DNA of 64,000 bases, from the NCBI GenBank assembly GCA_964016885.1, contig OZ024742.1:264244001-264308000 (forward strand). The letters are read 5' to 3'. A program made the translations under genes and the position numbers. The stretch is from Eledone cirrhosa. Lineage: Eukaryota. Below, piece after piece: positions 12,453 through 25,430 of this stretch; position 1 is the first letter of the stretch, and every line of letters begins with the position of its first letter. Under the pieces are notes generated by a model. It saw nothing but the letters and a program-made list of their open reading frames with translations. It was not told where the DNA came from and did no database searches.

Positions 12453-12919
12453 GTTACAGATCGAACCTGACTTCATTCGCAAGATATGTTTTGCGCCCTG
12501 CTTTGACCATTCAAATACGTCCACTGTCTGGCGTGAATAGCTGCAGACAGTGGACGTATTTGAATGGTCAAAGGAGGGCGGTGACGCCTGAAATTCTAAA
12601 CCAATGAAAAGGTCGTATTAACAGGATGGTGTTAATTGTTGACGATGGAATGGATCGAATTGCTTCAATCGGATGAAATGCTTTGAAAGCGCAAAACATA
12701 TCTGAGGACCTTACGAATGCAGAGTCAGGCTCGATCTGTAACAGATCCTGCCTTGAGCTGATCGTTGGAGAAACATATGTAATATGTTAATAGATTGTAT
12801 TTTGATGCATCACTGATTCCTCGTTATCTATAATAATATACTCTGCTCTGCGCGAGAATCAAGTGCTCAAACGGCATACCGCCTACGGACGCATTCACTG
12901 CAACCATACAACAATTCTA
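12453..12919 (+). mobile_element. pLTR unit with an internally deleted inverted 5' arm
   Basis: 12495-12530 is inverted against 12544-12579; 12453-12495 is inverted against ~12689-12742; ends at (TA)n. Confidence 0.75.
12695..12788 (+). ncRNA. Type I hammerhead ribozyme, ~60-nt stem II
   Basis: aacatat CTGAGGA cc...gga GAA ACATATGT A atatgtt; 7-bp stem I; palindromic stem III. Confidence 0.85.
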
Positions 12920-13056
12920 TATATATTTATATATATATATATACATGTATATATATATATATATTTTATAGAAGGAGCTTCTACAGGACTAGTACTGTTT
13001 CATTCAGATGAGTACCTTACTTACTGTGGTTATCCCCGACTCAACCCGGGACCTAC

Positions 13057-13170
<114 letters not shown>

Positions 13171-13177
13171 ATATATA

Positions 13178-13473
13178 TACATGTATCCCCAGGATTCGTG
13201 GGGTTTACGTTCCTAGAGCACCATCGAAGAGTGTAAAACCGCGAATATTGGACGTGTTCCATAAAAATGCCTCTAAACGTCAAAATATAACGAAGGGGCG
13301 TCCAATAGACCGGTAAATACGGTATATTGCTATTAATAATTTAGAGTTAAAAAATATAAAATGCCAGGAAAAAGAGCGAAGAAAAAAAATCGTGCTTTCT
13401 ACGAACAATTATTAGTTAGGTTCTAATGAAAATTCCGCGAATAACCGGGACAGCGAATGCAGGCGGTACACTG
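13178..13473. mobile_element. Tigger/pogo-like MITE
   Basis: TA-flanked; ends CATGTATCCCCAGGATTCGTGG and GCGAATGCAGGCGGTACACTG form degenerate TIRs. Confidence 0.55.
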
Positions 13474-13537
13474 TATATATATATTTATTATGGCAAGAAC
13501 ATATAACATACAATTTTGCTTGCTATTCTATTAATAA

Positions 13538-14035
13538 GGGAGGTAGGTCTAAAAGCCAAACTCGCTATATCCAATTCGGTATTCGTGCCAACCCTTACCT
13601 ATAGTCATTAATCTTGGAGAAAGAATACGATCGCGAATACCAGCGACTGGAACGGGGTTCCTCCGTGGGGATTTTGGAGTAATGTTACTTGATAGAGTGC
13701 GTAGCTCGGAGATCAGAGAGTTGCTCCAGGTAAAACCGCTACTCCTCTGAACTGAGACATCACAGCTCTGATAATACGGGCATGAGTATAGATTGTCGCA
13801 GGAAAGAATCCCTGACCAGATTTTATGGGCAAAACCAACCGACAGGAGACTGCGTGGCAGACCCCGAGCAGGATGAATAACAGGCAGTAGCTCCCCTGGT
13901 AACGCTTGGGGATCCAGCTGGATCAGTTGGAGACGGTTGTTTCTGATAGAACCCGTTGGAAGGTGTGTTTGAGGACTCTGTACTCAGGATCTTTCCAAGA
14001 ATAAGTGGATTAAAAGACAGGGAAGTTGCCTTTTA
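13538..14035 (+). mobile_element. RTE (Rex3/Expander-like) LINE 3' fragment
   Basis: KAKLAISNSVFVPTLTYSH; homologous to 16900-17375 and 40000-40350. Confidence 0.8.
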
Positions 14036-14899
14036 AAAACATATTTTGTTTTATATCTTATATAAAAAATGTTTCTATTATAGTGGTTTATGGAAACGAA
14101 AGTCAACTTTTTCTTAACTGCATGCTCACAGCTGGAACACCTTTGTGTTATTTTCTGTAATAGATTTTGTATATAGAAATGTTCTTGAAGTTGTGTATAT
14201 ACAAAAACTGAAGCCCCTAGCAGCATATAATGCGGCGCCAAATACATTTATCATTCCATTTCGATTTTTCCCATTAATTTCAGTATATTATGAAAAATAG
14301 TGCAGAACCGAAAGAATTTAATATAATTGTCATTATTCCAGAAGTTCTTTTATCATAATATTTAAAGACTGCTATTTCCATGATAATCTCATGTTTTCTA
14401 GCATCATCGATCAATATACAAAGATTGCCTAAAGGAACATAAAGTTAACCACCTATTTCTATTCTCTCACACACTTAGTTCTCTCTGTTTTCCCAATCAA
14501 TACAGTGTGATATGAACCTCATTCTAATATTCATTGTCATTTTACTTGGAGCTTACTCCTTATTTGTTGCTTGACAGTCTCCTCTCTTCACACTCTCTCC
14601 TAATCGTATATACACCGGTGTGCGTTAATATAATAATGAGTTCAATAATTTCAGTCAATATTACGATTAGGAGAGAGTGTGAAGAGAGGCCATTTCTAAT
14701 ATTTGGATTACCACTCGAGATACTGCTTTACACACGTCCGTTTTATGAATGATTTTATTTTTATTGATGGTTCTATTTCTAGAGATATTAAAATTATTTT
14801 AAGAATGAAATTATTTCAAGAAAAAATCATAAAATATCATGTTCAATATCGTCATCATGATTATCACCATCGCTGTCGCCTTAATCATCGTTTTACATT

Positions 14900-15375
14900 T
14901 GTTTGCCTTTGCTTTCGGGGTTTGACGGGACCTTTCCAGTCCAGTGTCCCTCCTCTCGTTGTCTTCTTTCGTTATCTTGTCTATGAGCATCAGAGATTTG
15001 AGATCAGTTGCCACAAACTTTGCCCAAGTCTTCCTTGGTATCTCTCGTTCCACTGGGATTTCTTGGTACTTCTTCACCCAACTATCATCATCCATACACA
15101 TCACATATCTTTACCAGCACAGTCATCTTCCATGCACACTACGTCTGATTCCTCTTATATTCAGCTTTTTCCCTTAATTCATATAACCTTTCTCGTTCAT
15201 GCTCAATAGCATTGTACATCCATCAGAGCGTGTTCGTTTTATTTCTCTCTGGCCTTCGCATACCTTCTGCTTTTATTGCACGTAGGCATCATACAGCCAG
15301 CCTTTATTTCGTAGAGAGAAACCATTCTTGGTCAACTGAGTTAGTAGCTCCCTGAACATGTTGCACCCTGTTCTT
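14900..15375 (-). mobile_element. RTE LINE 3' fragment (second family)
   Basis: WVKKYQEIPVEREIPRKTWAKFVATDLKSL resembles the RTE GRPRKTW..V..DL motif. Confidence 0.7.
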
Positions 15376-15559
15376 AATCCCGTGTTCTTATTTAAGATCC
15401 ATAAATTAACTATATAGTTATCATTTATATAATTGAATTGAGAACTATACTATTGATAGTGTGTGTGTATCTGTAGCACAGTGCATTTTATACAGCAATG
15501 CTGTAAAAAATTGAGAAAAATTAGTTTCATACATGGAAGCTATTAATCCATCTCAAATT

Positions 15560-17378
15560 TCCTGTATCAAAATAATTTCTTGCGTGGAAAAATACGAGTG
15601 AACGTGGCTTGGTATGGAACCGGGTGGCAAGAAGAACACTTGGTTCAATAAAGTGGTCAAAGATGCCATCCGAGTAAAGAAGTAGGCTTACAAATCTTGG
15701 CTTGTTAATAAGTCCTACTTGTTGTATTTGAGGTTCTAGCAAGCGAGACAAGTCGCGGCAGAGACAATAAAGGCGCCCATGGTCGAGACATGGGAAAACT
15801 TTGGGGTTCAGGTGGAATCTGACTTCAGATCAGCAAATATAGTGTTCTAGCAGACCATCCGCGGGCTTCGTGATAAGGAGTCTTCCTCCACGCCTGCTAC
15901 CAGGAACGCGTCTGGGGTATACTTCTCTGAAGAGAGGTGCATCCTCGCGAGGTAGAGATAGTACTTTGATGATCTTCTAAACCTGGAGTGAACAGTACCT
16001 TTTTTTGATGTACACGAGGTGCATCGGGGAGCGATGACAACATCTCGGACACTGGGGTAACAAGAAAAATTAAAGAGATCAAATGTGGCAAAGCCTATCT
16101 GTAGGATGAAATTCAGCTCATGATGTTAAAAGCCTTAAGTAGTGAAGGTTTTCTTTGGCTGACTCGTGTGTGTCGCGTGGGCTGGATCTCTGGGAATGCA
16201 CCGAAGCAATCGCAATCTGGATGGATAATCCAAATATTCGATATATATATAATTATAGACGAATCTCCTTGTAAAGCCGCCTTGGTAAAGTCTACGCTAA
16301 TGTCTGGCAAAAAGGTATAGGGATATTGTCAAGTCCAAGCTAAATGACGAACAGTGTAGTTTCGCCCCAGACGCAACACAACTGACCAAATATTCACACT
16401 GCAGCAGGTCTTCAAGAAATCGTGGGAGTATTTGATCGTAATCCTAGTATTTGTGTTTGGATAAATGTTACTGAGTGGAAACCATTCAATGTAGGTGTCG
16501 CATACCATCGAAGGTGCGTATTGTCATTTCTCATGTTCATAATCTTCATGAATAGGATTCATCCGGGATGGAAATGGCACCAAGACTGGCGGAATTAGGA
16601 TCATTCGGCTGGAATTTCGGGACAACATGCTACTAATTAACTCGTCAGAAGGTGAACTCCGACATGCATTTGATAGATTTACTGTCACGTTCTACACGAC
16701 ATGAATAAAAATCAGTGCTGCAAGATTGAGAAACTCTTCATAGGGAAACCTACGGAGTGCACTATACATTTTAGTGGACGGAGAAGTTCAAGTATCTCAG
16801 GGTCGTATTCACGAGTGATGGAATCCAGAAGTTAGAATTAAGTGCAAGAATTGAAGAAGCTGGTGCAGTAATACGCCAGCTCCAGCATTCAGCCATCAAA
16901 GAAGGGCGGTAAGGGTAAAAGCCAAACTCGCTATCTTCAATTAGGTATTCATGCCAACCCTTACCTATGGTTATGAATCTTGGGCAATGACCGAAAGAAT
17001 ACGATCGTGAATACAAGTGGCCGACATGGAGCCTCCCTGAAAGGTTTTTGGAGTAGCGTTACTCGATAGAGTGTGTAGCTTGGAGATCAGAAAATCATTC
17101 CAGTTAGAGCTGTTACTTCTCGGAATTGTGAGATCACAGCTCGTTAGAATGTCTCAGGAAAGAATTGCTAGATAGATCTCAACTGGCAGGAGACCCAGTG
17201 GTAGACCCCGAGCAAGATGAATAGCATCCATGATATCGGATTGTCTTACTTGGGGATCCAGCCGGATCAGTTGGATACGGTTACTTCTGACATGACTCGC
17301 TGGCAGGCGTGTTTGAGGAGTCTGCACCCAGGATCTTCCCAAGAATAAGTGGGTTAAAAAGACAAGAAAGCTACCTTT
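15560..17378 (+). mobile_element. Degenerate RTE (Rex3/Expander-like) LINE ORF
   Basis: TDQIFTLQQVFKKSWEY, EKFKYLRVVFTSDG, FMPTLTYGYESWAMTERIRS; many stops. Confidence 0.85.
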
Positions 17379-17891
17379 TCAGGAAGAATCCAACATTGCT
17401 TTATTAAACCGAGCATGCCTCTGTTTAGAACATAGTAAGTTATGTCTAAAAACAGGTTTGTTAATTCAAATATTCAAAATATCTTTACTAGTGAACTGAT
17501 TGGTGTGAAAATTTGCATTAAACTAAAGTAAAAGCATTCATATTTAACGTGATGCAGTGTTAATGCTGTTTGTACTTTTCAAGAATATTTTGCTTGTAAT
17601 ATTTTCATGTGGAACAGGATGTTAATAGTTAAGTAATATTCTGGCACACCCTTAGATAGTATTCAATCACAGTAACAGAGGGCATTCTGCTTATACACGC
17701 GCACGTGTGCCCCCCCCCCCATAATTATATATATATATATACAAACACACATATATATATATATATATAAACATATATATATATATATGTACATATGTAT
17801 ATATTCATATATATACATATATATGTATATATACACACATATATATATATGTGTGTGTTTGTGTGTGTATATATATATGCGTATGTATATA

Positions 17892-17967
<76 letters not shown>

Positions 17968-17976
<9 letters not shown>

Positions 17977-18554
17977 GAGAATGTCTGTCTTCTGTCTGAT
18001 TCCCTAAAACTCGAGAACCACCCAACCAATTGTTTTCAATCTTTTGAGCAAAGAATATTTCAAATTTTCAATGCCCCAGGAACCGCATTAGACGATTTAG
18101 CGATCTCTCTCTATAATTCTTAGTCTTTCTCTTTTTAGATAGATACATAGATATAAAATTACGCCCTTATAATATCTGTCTGTATGTCTGGCTGTCTGCA
18201 TTACGACATTATGACGCTATATGTGTGTGTATATATGTATATATAGTGTGTGTATATATATATATATATATAGTGTGTAACGTTTTTCGAAATATTTATT
18301 TCTACGTTCACAGATTGATTTTTCGTTTCAGAAGATCCCGTTAAGGGTGAAAACAGCGATTCTTTGCTTACACTTTAATCTGTTATTTTAATATATATAT
18401 ATAATTATATATTCGTGTACAGATATTTTTGCATATACAATAAAAAAAATATAAACAAACGTATTTATTTCACGAGGCTCGATAAGGATAAATATATATC
18501 AAATATATAAGTACCCTAGAGCAAATCCCAAGCAACGCCGGGCCATTCTGCTAG
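17968..18554 (+). mobile_element. Non-autonomous Helitron containing a PLE pLTR fragment with HHR (18325-18374)
   Basis: 5' AAAACAGAGAATGTCTGTC; 3' CCCAAGCAACGCCGGG ccattctg CTAG; internal gttt CAGAAGA tcccgttaagggt GAAA. Confidence 0.8.
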
Positions 18555-19356
18555 TCTATATATATAAAACCGAGAATGTATGTCTGTCTCCCTAAACCTC
18601 GAGAACCACCAAACCGATTTTTTTCAAACTTTACACATGTAATACTTATGGTCGTGTGATTGTTTTGAGCAAAGAATATTTCAAATTTTCCATGCCCTTA
18701 GGACCGCATTAGGCGAAAAACCGAATATTTTAGGCTTTAAATGCTTTTTTAAGGCATAACAGAACAATAACCCAGGCGATTTCTTCAAAATTTGCATTAC
18801 TTATGTCGTTTAAGGGGTTTTGAGCAAAGCGATTTTCTCATTTTTTGCCCCAGAGACCGCATTAGGCGAAACACCGATTTTAAAAAGCATTTTGGTTGCG
18901 TTAGGGCCTGTAACTCGAGAAGTACCCAACCGATCTTTTTTAAACTTTGCATATGCATTACTTATGTTTCACAAATTTTTCTGACTGAATTAGATTTCAA
19001 ATTTTTGCCCGGGGACCGCATTGTTTAGCATTATTGGTTACGTTAGGCATGTAACCTTAAAAGTATCCAACTAAATTCATTCATGCTCTCCACCACTGCA
19101 GTCCCACATGCTTACTGCTCTGTAACTATTGATTTCCTTGTACCATAGCACAACAAATACATGTTCGGTTTGTCGAATGCCTTTTTACTTAACCCTATCG
19201 TCTTGGCTTTCGTGGGTTGAACATTTTACTCTCAGGCACCCAATTAAAAAAAACCCTGGTAATCTACGCCGAATTGTTTTATAAGCACACAATGTAGACG
19301 CCATCCCCAGGCCGAGGTATTCCGTACTTCCGGAGCAACGCCGTGCCATTCTGATA

Positions 19357-19357
<1 letters not shown>
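18555..19357 (+). mobile_element. Non-autonomous Helitron, head-to-tail with the previous one
   Basis: Starts TC directly after CTAG; internal subrepeats; ends GCAACGCCGTGCCATTCTGATAG|T. Confidence 0.75.
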
Positions 19358-19419
<62 letters not shown>

Positions 19420-19422
<3 letters not shown>

Positions 19423-19487
19423 GTCTGACGAACGAATGAAGACGTTTCTTTCGTATTCGCCTCATTCGGGAAACCTCTGGTAATGAG
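19420..19487 (+). ncRNA. Type I hammerhead ribozyme at the start of a ~175-bp (TA)n-flanked unit (19420-19595)
   Basis: ttcgt CTGACGA a cgaatga...tcattcg g GAA ACC tct GGT A atgag. Confidence 0.85.
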
Positions 19488-20189
19488 GTAATTATATTGT
19501 ATTGATTTTTATACATTAAATTTTGCTCTGGTACTTACATAGACCACTCTTCACTTCTATGACCTTTTCTGTTTTCAACGGAAATTTCAATACTTATATA
19601 TATATATATAAATTAATAAAAATAATGAATAAAAACAAAGAAACAGTTCCTTATATTAAAAAATTCATCATTTTACGATCGTTTCTAGGATATATATGTT
19701 TGTGTTGGTATGTATATCATATAGATCTATGTAAAATGTTTACAAACTATCAGAGGGAATATACATACCTACACATATATATGCTGTCTTCAGAAATAAT
19801 GATATTTATATATATATACACGTATGTATATAGGTATGTATATATATATATGTATGTATGTATGGTCCCGTAACTCGTGATATATTCGTAGGGCCGCCGT
19901 ATTGAGAATCGGTATCATCAGAGTTTATTTACATAAGATATCAGATTACATATAGCTCAATAACAGAAATGGCGACAACATCAATATACACACAGAAGGA
20001 ATTTCAAATAATGAATTAAAAGAAGTCCTCAACTAAGAAGGTATACCTCTCGAGAAGACATGTATATTATACTTGATTATAACTACATATACTCCTCCAA
20101 ACCCTCACCAATATCTTTTGAAGTATGTCATTCATCTTTCTAAAGTGCTTTTCTCAATTTCATTTCTGAAAAGCTACATCTTATAATGT

Positions 20190-20400
20190 GACATTCTTCT
20201 TCACAAAGTTCAATCTCCAACAGCAGAGTTTATAGAGCAAATGTCGAGTCCAGTCCATAAGTTGACATTATCAAGCCAGGGTTTTAGCTGTCGCCCTTTG
20301 CTTCTCTTACTGGCTAACAGTCCTTCTAGGTATAACTTACTCACACCACGCGTTGATCTTTTATATGACTATACAGTTTAAGTACTTCTAGCCTTTGAGG
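20190..20400 (-). mobile_element. RTE-like LINE 3' fragment
   Basis: LYLEGLLASKRSKGRQLKPWLDNV resembles the GxxxGKRxRGRxxxxWxDxI motif. Confidence 0.55.
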
Positions 20401-21165
20401 TGGTTTAAGTTTCATAATACTTTGTTTCGTGATGGGAGACTACAGTGGACAAGATTATTCAAGGTGGGGTCGGGAAAACGTAGAGAATAGAAGGATAGTA
20501 GTGTAGATATCTCGACCGGAATGTTCACATAATCCATGAACACATACTGCGGGCCATGTTAACTTTGCTGTTTAAATGAGTGGCCAAGCTTATGTTGTTA
20601 TCAACAATTACTCCCAAGATTCTGATGTTGTTGGATGCTAGGAGGATTTCACCTGTGGAAAGGGAATATGAGAGTTTCAGTGCATTATATATTTTTGATT
20701 CTAGTAGTGCAATAGCTGTCGCATGTGTGTGTTGCTGTTCAGAGTATTGTAGTTTTTTTGTTTTTTTTTTGTTCTTTTTTATTTTTCTGGTAATAAATTT
20801 TCTGTTTTCGAGGATTCGGCACTTAGTTTTGTTCACAGATCTTGGTGTGTTTAGCACCTATATATGTAACAGTGTCTACAAATATCTGCCATGTTGTTTT
20901 GATGTTGGGTGGATATGTGTACGAGTTGGAAAGACCAGTCAACATGTGATAGATTGTTAGTGATTGTATTCCTGTTGGAATTATAAAGATCTATGTTATC
21001 AAATGGGTGAGCTGGAGAGAGGTGGTTGGGTTTAGCTTTCGACTGATGGAATCTCAGGTTACAGAGAACCATGTCGTGGTCTGATAGTTTTTTTTCTGCT
21101 GTAATATATATAGAGAAGGGTTTTAACATCTGACGATTCCTGGCTACGTCAAAGACATATATCAC
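20400..21165 (-). mobile_element. CR1/L2-like LINE remnants
   Basis: LSDHDMVLCNL (APE end) and IRILGVIVDNNISLATHLNSKVNMARSMCSWI (RT thumb). Confidence 0.65.
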
Positions 21166-22370
21166 ACTGACACGTGATCTCCTTTATGCAGACGACTGTG
21201 ATCTTATTAGCCACTTAGAAAAAGACCTTCAACTCCCGAGGGATTGCTTCTCGGCAACATGTGACCAATTTGAGTTGACAATCAACCTGAAAAAGACAGT
21301 GGTGATGTACCATCATGCATTCGGAAAGCCATATATCCCTCCATCTATATCAAAGGAAAGATTGAGGGATAGTGTTGTCTACCCGTGTAGTACTCTCTCC
21401 AGCTGATGAAGCGGTACGATACCGGCTGTCTAAAGCTTCCGATGATTTTGGTTAGCTGGAGAAGCGCTTGTGGTCAGACATCGGTGTAAGCACGAAAGTC
21501 GAAGTGTATCAGGTATGAGGGCTTAGAGTCTTGCTCTATCGATATGAGACATAGACAACATATTGTCGGTATATCCAACGTCTCGAACATTTCCACCTAC
21601 AATCCTCATGTAGGTCTCATACATCATCACTGATATGCTGCTGCGGGCATGTATGCCAACCGTCGGGACCATGATCATGAAACAACGCCTGCGGTGGACA
21701 GGTCATATTGTACACCTAAATAACAGCAGAAACCCCAAGCGAGTTCTGTATGGCGAATTGTTGCAAGGCAAACGGTGCACACCACACAAGCATCTTAAAG
21801 ATACCTTGAAGAATACCTTGAAGAAAGCCAACAACAATACAGAAACAGGAACATCTTGCAACCGATAGAGCCTAGATAGAGCCTAGTGACGAAATTTCAT
21901 TGCTCCCGGTGTTGAGGAATTTGGAAATAGGCAGAGGGTCTATGCCGAAGTGGAGCGAACAGCTAAATATATGATGGGTGTTAGTCCGCTCCCAGAACGA
22001 GGTTTGAAAGAAACTCTTACCTGTCGGGAATGCGTATGTGTATGTATGTCAAAGGCTGGGTTATTGAGCCATAGCAGACGTCATACTCACATAAATAACA
22101 CTTTAAGTACCCCATACACCTTGATTTTGAATGTGGCATCTGCAACAAAATATGCGACTCTACAAGAGGGCACACAGCACGACAACGCATGCAATGTCAA
22201 CGAGACTGAAGCAGGTGGAAAACTTAACTGTACACTGTGTGGTGTGGCATGTAAGTCACTTCCTGGTTTGATGCGCCATCTAAGACGACATCAGCGACAG
22301 CAACTTTAATAACAGATTTTTGTAGGTGTCTATTTGTCTGTTCACGGACACGAGTATGCTTTCCACTATG
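21166..22370 (+). mobile_element. RTE/BovB-like LINE 3' half with C-terminal C2H2 zinc fingers
   Basis: DLLYADDC, LTINLKKTVVM, QRLRWTGHIVHLNNSRNPKRVLYGEL, CREC...GLLSHSRRH, CTLC...GLMRHLRRH. Confidence 0.85.
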
Positions 22371-22420
22371 TATATACGTATATATGTAAATACAAATACA
22401 CACAAACATATATATATACG

Positions 22421-22468
<48 letters not shown>

Positions 22469-22493
22469 TGTAATAAACAACATAAGGCAATTA

Positions 22494-22553
22494 TTCCATT
22501 TACCAGTGGTTTCTTAAAAGCAAAAGATTTTGCTTTTAATCATCAGAATGAAA
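22494..22553 (-). ncRNA. Type I hammerhead ribozyme
   Basis: ttcatt CTGATGA ttaaaagcaaaa tc ttttgcttttaa GAA ACC act GGT A aatgga. Confidence 0.88.
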
Positions 22554-22611
22554 AAATCCTGGTCTGTTTATTGAATTTGGATTTTAAAAACCTTTTCCGA
22601 CGGAATTACTT

Positions 22612-22694
<83 letters not shown>

Positions 22695-22698
<4 letters not shown>

Positions 22699-23823
22699 AT
22701 CTGAGGATGTGTGTGTTAAGGTTTGTAACGGATTCACGTCCACAATTTCCAACGGATTCTATTCAAAGTCAGGACAATTATTGCTTTTGGTCAGGAAAAA
22801 GTCATGAAGCAAAGGAATTTCAAATCCATTAACAATAATGGCAAAAATCGATCATGATCATTCCCCCTCTCTATAATTAAACTGCTTTACTCTCTCTGTC
22901 GCTCTTCACTCCCTATATGACAACACTGCAGAGAGAGAAACAATGTGTATGATCAAATGGAGCGTTCCGTACATTCCCTCTCTCTATAATTTAACTGCTT
23001 TACTCTCTCTGTCGCTCTTCACTCTCTATATGATAACACAGCAGTGGAGCGTTCCGTATTGAGCGTTCTGTATTGACATACGGCTTATCTGGGGCATTTT
23101 CAATCGGCTTATTGCAAATAACAACCCGCAAAATAACACTTCATATAACAGATTAATGCTATAGACATATGAATCGGAATATAACCCGTGAACTTTTTCC
23201 TGGGCAAAATTCATTTCGGCTGAAATCCCTAACCCAGCAACTGACCAGGAATTACATGACATCGTCAAAGCCAACATGGTCCGTGTGCGTCGGGTCCTAA
23301 TGAGCATCACACGTGTCTGAAAGGGATACCCCCAAAAATTTGCTGACCAGACTCAGACTGGTGGCGACGGGTACCTCCTGTACAGGCGGAGACGGCCCGA
23401 GAACGGTGGCTTCACCACAACAGTAAAGGGAGGTCAAGTCGACAATAGATGGGTGGTCCTTACTGCCCGCTTCTCTTGAAGATGTTCAACGCCCTCATCA
23501 ACGTTGAGTTTTGCAACTCCGTCAAGTCGATAAAATACATATGCAAATATGTAAGTAAGGGCTCTGATGCCGCAATGTTCGCATTTCAAGCTGAAAATAG
23601 CAGGGACGAGGTCACAGAATACCTGGCGGGGCGGTACATCAGTAGCAATGAAGCTTTTTGGCGCCTACACCAACGGCACCCCGCCATCGTACAGCTTGCG
23701 GTACATTTGGAAAATGGGCAAAGAGTTTACTTTACGGACCAAACCGCCGCCAAGTTGGCCGCCGATCCGAAAGAGACCACTCTGACAGGTTTCTTCAAAC
23801 TTTGCCAGTTCGATACATTTGCT
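22695..23823 (+). mobile_element. Deleted Helitron with a Rep/Helicase pseudogene fragment (~23200-23823)
   Basis: ISAEIPNPATDQELHDIVKANMV, DGYLLYRRR, DNRWVV/PYCPLL, NVEFCNSVKSIKYICKYVSKGSD (Rep YxxKY motif), RYISSNEAFWR, VHLENGQRVYF. Confidence 0.92.
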
Positions 23824-23878
23824 CAACTAAATATTATAATCAATTATGAAAAATATATTAAAGGAGCAAAATGCACAG

Positions 23879-24427
23879 AGGTATCCACTGTAAGTTGTGG
23901 GGTCTATTCTGTATGAAGAACTCAATGTAATCCATTTGTTGAAAATGTTGTAGGTTAAGATAAATCTCAGAAAACAATAAAACATTAAAAGGAAAACAGA
24001 GTCATGATATAAGTTTAAACAATGAAATAAAAAATCAAGTCATTAGAGATATACTTCACTGCTTTACGTTCGTTTCTAGATGGTGATAATACATTGTATC
24101 TATACTCAGTTATTGATCTATGTAAGTTTACAAACTATCAGATAGAGAGAATATTTACTCTCTATCTGATAGTTTGTAAACTTACATAGATCAATAACTG
24201 AGTATAGATACAATGTATTATCACCATCTAGAAACGATCGTAAAGCAGTGAAGTATATCTCTAATGACTTGATTTTTTATTTCATTGTTTAAACTTATAT
24301 CATGACTCTGTTTTCCTTTTAATGTTTTATTGTTTTCTGAGGTTTATATTAACCTACAACATTTTCAACAAATGGATTACATTGAGTTCTTCATACAGAA
24401 TAGACCCCACAACTTACAGTGGATACC

Positions 24428-24428
<1 letters not shown>
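23879..24428. repeat. Near-perfect palindrome, 271-bp arms, 8-nt spacer (pLTR-type fold-back)
   Basis: 23879-24149 vs 24158-24428, about 3 mismatches seen; contains CTGATAG...CTAGAAACGATCGTA. Confidence 0.92.
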
Positions 24429-24486
<58 letters not shown>

Positions 24487-25239
24487 TATATATAATATAA
24501 AATGTAGATTTTTCTACATTATTTTGCTTTAAAGCAACAACAAAATAAAAAGACTTCCCCAAAGAAACAATAACACCATGTTAGTTGAGTTAAATTACAC
24601 AAAACCTGCATAAGAATACACAAGATCTGCCATGAGACACATTATACTTGCATTCTATCTACTATTAACGCAAGTCTTTCTTTAGCAGCTGAATTCCTGA
24701 AAAGTACAGAAAGAACTGTTCTCTTCCTGTCAGTAAATGATGATTTGTGTTCTGCAATTTCCGTTCCTCTAGGAATCGTCATGTATTTTGGAGATCTCTT
24801 CCTGTTTCTTACAGAAATTTCTTCATTCTCTTAGTTTTGCTAAATTTCTTCTATACATCTATTTATTATTGGCAGAACCTATTGTATGACTGAGAAAATG
24901 CCTTATGGTATAATGTTACATGCCATTACGATTATTGTTTGTATTCCGCTCCAGTTTACTTTATCTATATTCATCCTTTCAAGGTTGTTAAGTACCACTT
25001 GACTATTGATCTTGATCGAAACAAATCGAGTGGTTCTCGGAATTCAAAGGCATGTGCTAAAGTTAGAAATTTACGATTATAACGTTGATAGATGGAAAAG
25101 GGGATCGCATTGGACAAAATACCTTGCATTGTGTAGCTTTGTATTAAGTACCAGTCGAGTATTGGTGCCAATATAATTTACTTTCCCTTCCCTAGAAAAA
25201 TGCTGGTCTTGTGTAGAAATTAGAAACCATTAATATTAA

Positions 25240-25430
25240 GGGCGGTGAATTGGCAGTATCGGTAGAGGGTCGGACGCCATGCTTTGACAAATAGAGTTAC
25301 GGCCCTTGCCATTCTGAGTGCAAATCCCGTCGAGGTTAACTTTGCCTTTCATCTTTACGGGGTCGATAAAATAAAGTACCAGTAATGCACTGCGTAATTA
25401 ATGGCCTTGTGCCAAAGGTAGAAAGAATTA
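25240..25430 (+). mobile_element. tRNA-derived SINE (dominant family)
   Basis: A-box TGGCAGTATCGG, B-box-like GTGCAAATC, body TTTGCCTTTCATC...GGTCGATAAAATAAAGTACCAGT, AATTATT tail. Confidence 0.9.
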
